A stretch of DNA of 34,591 bases, from the IMG/VR virus record IMGVR_UViG_3300032277_000037, positions 1 through 34,591 of that record; one strand, 5' to 3'. Shown here piece after piece: positions 1 through 6,458 of the stretch (position 1 is the first letter of the stretch; the number at the start of each line of letters is the position of its first letter). The notes under the pieces are model-generated. The model ran no database searches and had not been told where the DNA came from. It worked only from the letters and a program-made list of their open reading frames with translations. This DNA comes from a virus (Duplodnaviria > Caudoviricetes). Made by a program: the position numbers and the translations under genes.

Positions 1-986
1 CCGTTGGCGAACATACCCTGCGCTTCTTTGTCGAGGCGTGGCATGTAGTCCATCCATGCGTTGAGCCAGTCTTTCTCCAAACTTGCCAGCGTCCGATACA
101 CCACCATGCACACAGCTGCGGCAGAGTCAGGCACCTTGGCGTTCATCGGGTCGTCCTTGATTGATTGCAGGGACGGTAGCTGGTCGGACAGTTTGACGAA
201 CGCCATCAGGTCCATCGCACCACGATCCCCGATTGTACCCATCAACGCAGCGGTCAGTGTTACATCGTCAAACTTGTCACGCTCCTTGAGTATGTCAGAC
301 GCAGAATGCAATGAACGTGAAGTTACAAACGCGGCGCGTTGTTGTTTAGGGTGGAAGATGTATGGGTTCTCGTCGGGGTCTTTCACATCCTCGAACGATG
401 CACACAGCTGCGGGTTGTCTTTGATCCAACCCAACATACTGTGGTCCCAACCATCATTGATACCAAACTCAATCAACGCCATGTGGTCGGTCTTCTTGAT
501 CTGCACCACAGTCATACGGTTCCGTGCGTGTGGTGGTAGTAGGTCGCCAACTCCCTCGCTGCCCTTGTTCGTAGTGGCAAACACTAAGCTGTCAGGGTGT
601 AGTGAGTAACTACCAACTTTTCGCTCCAACATCAGACGCAGCATGGCGTTCTTAACAGCGGGGTTCGCCTTGCCATACTCGTCAAGCATCAGGATGATCG
701 GCCCTTCGATATGCAGACCGAGCTCCTCGTGGGGGATCATACGTACACAGCCATCTGTTTCGATAGACTGCATGGACGGGATCATGATGTCGCCAAGGTC
801 TTTGGTCGTACCATCAAAGTAGATGGGTCGATGCGTGGGGAGTTGTTCTGCTAAGGTGGTGAGCATCGACGACTTGCCGTTACCCATGTCACCCTGTGCT
901 AGGACGGTACGTTTACTGCCCACTGCTTTGATAAGATCGACACACTGGTCGAGTGTAAGTGCGTACATTTGTTGTGCATTGCTCAT
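1..986 (-). CDS. AAA+ ATPase, MoxR/dynein-related (AAA_5-like); 3' end runs off the window (>328 aa)
   Basis: Not in the ORF track because there is no stop in the window. Hand translation from ATG 986 (SD GGAG upstream): MSNAQQMYALTLDQCVDLIKAVGSKRTVLAQGDMGNGKSS (Walker A), IILMLDEYGKA (Walker B), VFATTN (sensor 1), HARNR (Arg finger). Confidence 0.9.
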   Translation of the reverse strand, partial: MSNAQQMYALTLDQCVDLIKAVGSKRTVLAQGDMGNGKSSMLTTLAEQLPTHRPIYFDGTTKDLGDIMIPSMQSIETDGCVRMIPHEELGLHIEGPIILMLDEYGKANPAVKNAMLRLMLERKVGSYSLHPDSLVFATTNKGSEGVGDLLPPHARNRMTVVQIKKTDHMALIEFGINDGWDHSMLGWIKDNPQLCASFEDVKDPDENPYIFHPKQQRAAFVTSRSLHSASDILKERDKFDDVTLTAALMGTIGDRGAMDLMAFVKLSDQLPSLQSIKDDPMNAKVPDSAAAVCMVVYRTLASLEKDWLNAWMDYMPRLDKEAQGMFAN

Positions 987-1000
987 TGTATTCTCCGTTT

Positions 1001-1018
1001 GTTAGTGGCGGCACTAAC
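1001..1018. promoter_or_regulatory. Early-arm palindrome GTTAGTG-gcgg-CACTAAC (4-nt spacer variant)
   Basis: Perfect 7-bp inverted repeat ending 14 nt upstream of the ATPase start, directly 5' of its SD; one of 8 copies. Confidence 0.7.
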
Positions 1019-1038
1019 GCCGCCTGTGAGGTTATTGT

Positions 1039-1944
1039 TTATATGTCCAGTGACGGTAGCGATTTGATCGCCTCATCCACTGTGCGTTTAGTCTCGGCGC
1101 GCAGGTAGCTGTCTTCGCGTAGTGCATCAGGTGTGACACCTTGCAGTGCACAGTCTAACTTGTCAGCCATTGCTGTCATCTGTGTGGACTTGGTGACGTT
1201 ACACACCCGCAGCAGCTCAACCATCTCGGACACGTTCTCGACGAGTGAGTCGCGGAACACTTTCTTCTTCTCGTGGTCGGCGTAGTCGAGCCGCTCACTC
1301 ATACGCGTCAGCGCATCGTATGTCCTGTGCCACACGTCGTTCATGGCTGTGTTGAGTTGAGTGCTGTAGTAGTTGTTATAGTGTGTCTTGATCTCCTCTG
1401 CTGCCTCGTTGCCGATGTCGATACGGAAGTCCCCCGCGTCTGGTAGCGGTATGTATGTCAGACGGAACCGAAACTTGGAGCGTAGCGAGTCCAACGTGGG
1501 GTAGTCATCGCGGTTGAACAGGTCGCCCAGCTTGGCCTCTGCCTGCACGATCTCCCAGTCGTATGCGTCGAGGAATAACTGCACGAGCCGATGAAACTCG
1601 TTCTCGATGTCGGTCATGGTTTGGTGATACTTGAAATACTGCGCTGTGGGTAACAGTCGCAGGCCTGTGTCGGACCATGGCATTGTCATGCCGTAGTGAA
1701 TGTTGCGTGAGTTGCCAGTGAATTTCTGTAGGGCGGTGAGTTCGGCGCAGTCACCGAGCAGCTTCTTGTTGACGTTGGCAACACCTGATGCAGCTTCGTT
1801 CTGCGTGGTGACTTCTTTGGATGCGCGCTTGTCTAGCTTGCGCCCTGTCCATGTGCTGATGCTGAGTTCGCACAGCATGGATGATGAAGAGATAGAGGGT
1901 GCGTTGCTTTCTGGTGTGGATGCGTGTTGTTGTGCCGTTGTCAT
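1039..1944 (-). CDS. DUF3150-like phage early protein (~301 aa)
   Basis: Track ORF 1039..1992. Start moved to ATG 1944 (MTTAQQ), which has a GGGGA SD and the palindrome upstream. The motifs MLCELSISTWTGRKLDK and TMPWSDTGLRLLP match a family usually found beside MoxR ATPases in phages (family name from memory). Confidence 0.7.
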   Translation of the reverse strand: MTTAQQHASTPESNAPSISSSSMLCELSISTWTGRKLDKRASKEVTTQNEAASGVANVNKKLLGDCAELTALQKFTGNSRNIHYGMTMPWSDTGLRLLPTAQYFKYHQTMTDIENEFHRLVQLFLDAYDWEIVQAEAKLGDLFNRDDYPTLDSLRSKFRFRLTYIPLPDAGDFRIDIGNEAAEEIKTHYNNYYSTQLNTAMNDVWHRTYDALTRMSERLDYADHEKKKVFRDSLVENVSEMVELLRVCNVTKSTQMTAMADKLDCALQGVTPDALREDSYLRAETKRTVDEAIKSLPSLDI

Positions 1945-1957
1945 GATGTTCCCCGTT

Positions 1958-1974
1958 GTTAGTGTGTCACTAAC
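1958..1974. promoter_or_regulatory. Early-arm palindrome GTTAGTG-tgt-CACTAAC
   Basis: Perfect inverted repeat 13 nt upstream of ATG 1944. Confidence 0.7.
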
Positions 1975-1993
1975 TTTTGTTTGAATGTTCATC

Positions 1994-2212
1994 TTAGTTC
2001 TCCGTCTTGTTGAGGCCGCGCAGTTGGGCCTTGTTAGTTATTAAGGTTGCGCCCTGCTTGTGGGCGATAGGTGCGATGCACCATGAGGTGCGCATAGCGA
2101 CAGCGGCTTCGGCGCCGCAGTCCATGCAGGTTTGGTAGCCGAGTTGTCGGCGGCGTGGGTCGAAGGTGACGCCGCAGGTTAGGCAGTGGCAGGGTTCAGT
2201 ATAATTAGTCAC
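1994..2212 (-). CDS. Small C4 zinc-finger protein (DksA/TraR-type finger-like), 72 aa
   Basis: CLTC ... RRRQLGYQTCMDC; GTG start with a GGAGG SD. Confidence 0.75.
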   Translation of the reverse strand: MTNYTEPCHCLTCGVTFDPRRRQLGYQTCMDCGAEAAVAMRTSWCIAPIAHKQGATLITNKAQLRGLNKTEN

Positions 2213-2224
2213 AGTGTCCTCCTC

Positions 2225-2425
2225 TCAGCTGTTCTCGTATGAGGACCAACGGCGCTTGATATGCGGGTTGGTCTTGTTGTAGCTGCCGAAGATAGCGCGG
2301 TGTTCGTAGGCAGGATCGTTGTCCTTGCACCATCGAATTGTTTTGTGCCCCTGCCGTACGCGGTGTAAATAGTTACCGTCACGCAGGTAATTCTCGACGA
2401 GGGTGGCAACTTCTGAATCTGTCAT
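2225..2425 (-). CDS. Hypothetical early protein, 66 aa
   Basis: ATG with an AGGAG SD; first gene after the leftward promoter. Confidence 0.7.
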   Translation of the reverse strand: MTDSEVATLVENYLRDGNYLHRVRQGHKTIRWCKDNDPAYEHRAIFGSYNKTNPHIKRRWSSYENS

Positions 2426-2440
2426 GTCTTGGTCTCCTGT

Positions 2441-2457
2441 GTTAGTGCGTCACTAAC
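2441..2457. promoter_or_regulatory. Early-arm palindrome GTTAGTG-cgt-CACTAAC
   Basis: Perfect inverted repeat (8 bp with the flanking T/A) 15 nt upstream of ATG 2425. Confidence 0.7.
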
Positions 2458-2511
2458 AGTGTCGCGGGGTGGTGGTTGGTGATGTATGGCTGTATTTGTT
2501 ACCATACTTTT

Positions 2512-2540
2512 ATAATAGCATAGGTTGTAGCTTATGTCAA
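2512..2540 (-). promoter_or_regulatory. Strong sigma70-type leftward early promoter
   Basis: Minus strand reads TTGACA-17 nt-TATTAT with an extended -10 TG (TGC TATTAT). Confidence 0.85.
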
Positions 2541-2575
2541 ATGATGTGGTTTAGTGGTAAGAGATTGTAGGCGTG

Positions 2576-2858
2576 ATAATGTTCTGAAATGTTCTAACAC
2601 GTGACGCTGTAAGTAGTTGAAAACTCAGCAATGTTCGAAAGTTCTCATTATATATAAATATATATATATCTCTTTAAAACGTCCTAAATGGCGTGGGGGC
2701 AGCGGATTACATCTGCGAGAGGGGGCCCGACAGTCTCGGGGATATATACTTCAAAAGTGCGAACATTTGGAACATTACTGGGTTTTCAATAACTTAACCA
2801 AGAACATTAGCTAAAAATTTGCGAACATTTGGAACATTACTGGGTTTTCAATAACTTA
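2576..2858. repeat. Putative replication origin: opposed GAACATT iterons and 39-bp repeats around an AT-rich core
   Basis: Identical 39-mer TGCGAACATTTGGAACATTACTGGGTTTTCAATAACTTA at 2758-2796 and 2820-2858. A degenerate inverted copy lies at 2610-2647, extra AATGTTC at 2578 and 2588, and a (TA)n tract at ~2647-2669. Confidence 0.6.
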
Positions 2859-2870
2859 GCTGTTTTGGTT

Positions 2871-2887
2871 GTTAGTGCGCCACTAAC
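2871..2887. promoter_or_regulatory. Early-arm palindrome GTTAGTG-cgc-CACTAAC
   Basis: Perfect inverted repeat at the right edge of the putative origin. Confidence 0.65.
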
Positions 2888-2906
2888 ACTGACTTGTCAG
2901 GCGTTA

Positions 2907-3194
2907 CGCTACTCTAAGAACTGGCATCATTTGTTAGTGTGTAACTAACAAAAAAGCCCCGCCGTGAGGCGGGGCAGTAGGCGGTATTGAGCAATGTGTA
3001 TACGTATAGCAGAACGTGAGGCGCAGCGCAACTCTAAGAACTGGCATCATTTGTTAGTGTGTCACTAACACCACAGGTAACACGTTGTGGTGAGTGTAAT
3101 GTTCTCTAGTGTCTTAACTTCTGAACGTATCCCTGACACGCGACCCGCGCCGCTACTCTAAGAACTGGCATCAAATGTTAGTGTGTCACTAACA
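2907..3194. repeat. Three 44-bp direct repeats (2907-2950, 3027-3070, 3151-3194), each ending in the palindrome
   Basis: Consensus CGCWACTCTAAGAACTGGCATCAWWTGTTAGTGTGTMACTAACA with unique 76- and 80-bp spacers. Confidence 0.9.
2950..2975 (-). terminator. Rho-independent terminator
   Basis: Minus strand: GCCCCGCC-UCAC-GGCGGGGC-UUUUUU. Confidence 0.8.
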
Positions 3195-3216
3195 AAAACC
3201 ACCAAACGGAAGACAC

Positions 3217-3247
3217 AAAAAAAGCCCCAAACCTTGCGGCTTGGGGC
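3217..3247 (-). terminator. Rho-independent terminator
   Basis: Minus strand: GCCCCAAGCC-GCAA-GGUUUGGGGC-U7, 6 nt after the stop of the 23-aa ORF. Confidence 0.85.
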
Positions 3248-3253
3248 GAGATG

Positions 3254-3325
3254 TTAGGGCGTGAAAAGTAAGAGTAAGTAGAGGGTGGCGAAGATCGCCA
3301 CCACCCCGATGATATCGCGAATCAT
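3254..3325 (-). CDS. 23-aa single-pass membrane peptide MIRDIIGVVAIFATLYLLLLFTP
   Basis: Hand translated. ATGA overlap with the stop of 3322..3840; exactly fills the gap to the terminator; one hydrophobic helix. Confidence 0.6.
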   Translation of the reverse strand: MIRDIIGVVAIFATLYLLLLFTP

Positions 3326-3840
3326 TTGACCAAACGATTCAGGCTGCGTAGTGCAGTCTGGAAGTCGGCAGCGTCGAAATCCCAAGCGTCGTGGCCTTGC
3401 ACGATCTTCTCAACAGTCTCGAGCGCAGCGCGCAGTTTCTCAACTGGCGATTTTGGTTGTCGCGCTGCGCGGCTAGCATCCGCGCCTTCACGCTTGGCAA
3501 GGCCTGTTTCGAAATCGTTGCGCTTGGCGCCAATCTGCTGCTGCCAGTACCGCTTTTCCGCCTTGTCAGCATCTTCCAGTGACTTGGTCGGCTTGGCCAG
3601 CAATTGCTGCGCGGCTTTGGTAAACCCCGCGACGATCGCAGCGTTGATTTGCTCGAACATCTCCGGAGACGCGGTAGAGGTTTTGGATTTGGATTTGGGC
3701 GATACGAAATCGGTTGATACCATCTTTTCTGATGCCATCAAATCAATGGTAGAGCCTAGCTTGCGATCCGCCTGGCCCGAAAGCGATACGGTTTCAGTGA
3801 TTGCTTTCGCGATAGCGGCGTTCAAAGTAATGTTAGACAT
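3322..3840 (-). CDS. Hypothetical helical protein, 172 aa; first gene of the leftward arm
   Basis: ATG with an AAGGGA SD; natural Ala/Lys-rich composition; hairpin in the leader at 3866-3890. Confidence 0.8.
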   Translation of the reverse strand: MSNITLNAAIAKAITETVSLSGQADRKLGSTIDLMASEKMVSTDFVSPKSKSKTSTASPEMFEQINAAIVAGFTKAAQQLLAKPTKSLEDADKAEKRYWQQQIGAKRNDFETGLAKREGADASRAARQPKSPVEKLRAALETVEKIVQGHDAWDFDAADFQTALRSLNRLVK

Positions 3841-3979
3841 AGTGTTTCCCTTTCAAGGATAAATTATCGGAGGCGGTATTGCCTGCCGATGACTAAGTAA
3901 TGACACGTTACGGTGTGGCATACAATAGATAACGCCCAGAAACCAACGGTTGATAACGTAACGCATTACTTGATAGGCT

Positions 3980-3996
3980 GTTAGTGAGCCACTAAC
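3980..3996. promoter_or_regulatory. Early-arm palindrome GTTAGTG-agc-CACTAAC
   Basis: Perfect inverted repeat upstream of the 172-aa gene; rightmost copy seen. Confidence 0.65.
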
Positions 3997-4013
3997 AAAA
4001 CGTCAGAACGCGA

Positions 4014-4034
4014 CCCATACCCTACCCCCACCCC
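4014..4034 (-). other. Potential G-quadruplex motif
   Basis: Minus strand GGGG-T-GGGGG-TA-GGG-TAT-GGG fits the four-tract G3+N1-7 pattern. Confidence 0.4.
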
Positions 4035-4245
4035 GCGCTTCACAGCTTAGGATTCCTGTACTTCCTATGTAATACTAATCCAGAAGAATAAATAGCTCTC
4101 AAAACTCTCAGGCACAGTAAGCTACTAATAAAAACAAGTACTTAGCCTTTTTCTACCCCGCCACTTCCGGCGGCGCTCACAGGGAACACCCCCCATGCAA
4201 AAAAATAAGTCCCCCACGTAAAAAATTTCGGTGCGCTACGGAGTC

Positions 4246-4274
4246 TTGCGAAATCATACTTTAACAACTACACT
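4246..4274 (+). promoter_or_regulatory. Candidate rightward promoter for the packaging/structural operon
   Basis: TTGCGA-17 nt-TACACT, 31 nt upstream of the TerS ATG. Confidence 0.55.
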
Positions 4275-4305
4275 CGTGTTATCGGCCAACAGCCTGCGAT
4301 AAGAG

Positions 4306-4905
4306 ATGACATTGTATATAACGCCTGAGACAGGGGTGCCGTTGAGTAAACGAGCACCAAAACTTGACTTAAAGGACCGCGCGGCTGCGTGCGCGAAGAC
4401 TGTTGCGTTGTTATCCGGGCATGGGCTCGACGTAGACCTCACCTCCGAAGATAAAGAAGTGGCTGCAGCCCTCGCCGTGTCCTACGCCGCCAATCCTGAT
4501 AAGACATCAAACACCGTAACAACTAAACGCGCTGCGCAATTAACCCCTGCGGTGCTGCGGGAGACGGACCACATCCTCAGCGAGTGGGGCCGGAGCGTCG
4601 TGGACTCCGCAGTGACTGTTAGGCATTTGGTCACTAATAAACTTATCACCGAGACGGAGAACCCGGACCCTCGGGTGCGTCTGAAGGCATTGGAGCTGCT
4701 CGGTAAGATCAGCGACGTGGGGCTGTTTGTTGAGAAGTCTGAGGTGACGATCACCCACCAGACGACCGACGACCTTAAAGAGAAGCTACGGAGTAAACTT
4801 CAAAAACTTACCCGTGCCCACGCCGAAGCACCTATAGAAGATGCAGTTCTGATAGAGGGCCAGACCATCGACGTCGATAAGGAGCTTGGCTTCGACGATG
4901 AATAA
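4306..4905 (+). CDS. terS: Probable terminase small subunit, 199 aa
   Basis: Directly upstream of and overlapping TerL; RLKALELLGK helix typical of TerS oligomerisation regions. Confidence 0.7.
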   Translation: MTLYITPETGVPLSKRAPKLDLKDRAAACAKTVALLSGHGLDVDLTSEDKEVAAALAVSYAANPDKTSNTVTTKRAAQLTPAVLRETDHILSEWGRSVVDSAVTVRHLVTNKLITETENPDPRVRLKALELLGKISDVGLFVEKSEVTITHQTTDDLKEKLRSKLQKLTRAHAEAPIEDAVLIEGQTIDVDKELGFDDE

Positions 4906-6448
4906 GATGGTCGACATAGACGACGCAGAGATCGAGGCGTTGCTCGCCAACCTAGATGATCTGTCGCCAGAAGAAATTGCCGAAATTGACCAGATGGTGG
5001 ACGAGTTAGCGAGCCGGAAGGCTAATCAGACCGCGTACGACGACCTGCTGGGGTTCTGCAAGAAGATGGACCCTAACTATATTGTAGGGCGCCACCACCG
5101 CATCCTTGCTACTATGCTCATGGCTATCGAGCGCGGAGACAAAGACCGTATCTGTGTTAACATGCCACCACGTCATGGCAAGTCGCAGCTCGTGTCTATA
5201 TTCTATCCTGCGTGGTTCTTGGGGCGTAACCCGGACAAGAAGGTCATGATGGTATCGCACACCACTGATCTGGCGGTAGACTTCGGTCGTAAGGTCCGTA
5301 ACTTGATCTCTACCGATGCCTACAAAGCTGTGTTCCCCACAGTATCTCTTGCGATCGACTCGAAGTCTGCGGGGCGTTGGAACACCAACCATAAGGGGGA
5401 GTACTTCGCCTGTGGTATCGGGTCGTCAATCGCGGGGCGCGGTGCTGATTTGCTGCTGGTAGATGACCCGCACTCGGAACAAGACGTGCTGAGCGGTAAC
5501 TTCGAGGTGTTTGAACGGGCGTACGAGTGGTTCACCTTCGGTGCGCGTACGCGTCTGATGCCCGGAGGCCGGGTAGCTATCGTGCAGACCAGATGGCACC
5601 TAGATGACCTGACAGGCCGTGTAACACGTGACATGGCAAAGAACGACAAGTCGGACCAGTACGAGGTCGTTGAGTTTCCAGCTATCTTGGAAGTTACGAA
5701 CAAGAAGACCAAGAAGGTAGAGCAGAAGCCGCTATGGCCTGAGTTCTTTGATATGGCGGCGCTGGAGCGCACCAAGGCGTCTATGCCGGTGTTTCAGTGG
5801 AACGCACAATTTCAACAACAGCCCACAGCTGAGGAAGCCGCGCTTATCAAGCGGGAGTGGTGGCAGTCATGGGAGTGGGAAGACCCACCCCGCTGTGAGT
5901 ATATTATCATGACACTTGACGCCGCGGCGGAGACCCACAACCGTGCTGACTTTACTGCTATAACAACTTGGGGTGTGTTCCTCAACGAAGAGACGAACGC
6001 GCACAACATCATACTACTAAATAGTATTAAGGAGCGTCTAGAGTTTCCTGAGCTGAAACGGGTGGCTATGGAGACATATCAGGAGTGGGAGCCGGATTCG
6101 TTTATCGTGGAGAAGAAGAGTGCGGGCACTGCGCTCTATCAAGAACTGCGGCGCACAGGTATGCCTGTGCAGGAGTTTACCCCGCACCGTGGGTCAGGGG
6201 ATAAGCTGGCGCGACTAAATTCAGTTGCAGATATCGTAGCATCAGGTATCTGTTGGGTACCACAGACCCGCTGGGCAGAGGAAGTCGTGGAGGAGATCGC
6301 TGGGTTCCCGTTTATGTCGCATGATGACCTCGTTGATGCTACAGTGATGGCGTTGATGCGGTTTCGCAACGGTGGGTTTATTCGGCTCCCGTCTGATGAA
6401 CCGGAAGAGGTTCAATATTTTAAACACCGCCGGGGCGGTTTCTACTGA
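4898..6448 (+). CDS. terL: Terminase large subunit (Terminase_6-like ATPase plus RNase H-like nuclease)
   Basis: Walker A MPPRHGKS, Walker B LLLVDDP, coupling motif VQTRWH, nuclease motifs LDAA and HDDLVDA. Start taken as ATG 4898 (track uses TTG 4886). Confidence 0.97.
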   Translation: MNKMVDIDDAEIEALLANLDDLSPEEIAEIDQMVDELASRKANQTAYDDLLGFCKKMDPNYIVGRHHRILATMLMAIERGDKDRICVNMPPRHGKSQLVSIFYPAWFLGRNPDKKVMMVSHTTDLAVDFGRKVRNLISTDAYKAVFPTVSLAIDSKSAGRWNTNHKGEYFACGIGSSIAGRGADLLLVDDPHSEQDVLSGNFEVFERAYEWFTFGARTRLMPGGRVAIVQTRWHLDDLTGRVTRDMAKNDKSDQYEVVEFPAILEVTNKKTKKVEQKPLWPEFFDMAALERTKASMPVFQWNAQFQQQPTAEEAALIKREWWQSWEWEDPPRCEYIIMTLDAAAETHNRADFTAITTWGVFLNEETNAHNIILLNSIKERLEFPELKRVAMETYQEWEPDSFIVEKKSAGTALYQELRRTGMPVQEFTPHRGSGDKLARLNSVADIVASGICWVPQTRWAEEVVEEIAGFPFMSHDDLVDATVMALMRFRNGGFIRLPSDEPEEVQYFKHRRGGFY

Positions 6449-6458
6449 GGATTAGGCT

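Noticed and set aside
61-1005. Plus-strand ORFs 61..609, 339..539 and 823..1005
   Set aside because: Antisense shadows of the minus-strand AAA+ ATPase, which has clear Walker motifs.
2617-2814. 65-aa ORF on the + strand
   Set aside because: TTG start without an SD; it runs through the TA tract and repeats of the putative origin.
2578-2840. Alphaproteobacterial LexA boxes (GTTC-N7-GTTC)
   Set aside because: The GTTC/GAAC pairs are spaced by 4, 5 or 6 nt, not 7; they fit iterons better.
2907-3194. CRISPR mini-array
   Set aside because: The 76- and 80-bp spacers are far too long and contain terminators or hairpins, the palindromic half of the repeat also occurs alone upstream of genes, and there are no cas genes in the window.
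3326-3862. 178-aa plus-strand ORF
   Set aside because: Mirror of the 172-aa minus-strand gene, which has the SD, leader hairpin and terminator.
2979-3881. Shared 11-mer AGGCGGTATTG at 2979 and 3871
   Set aside because: A single 11-bp match within ~1.5 kb is plausible by chance; no further support.
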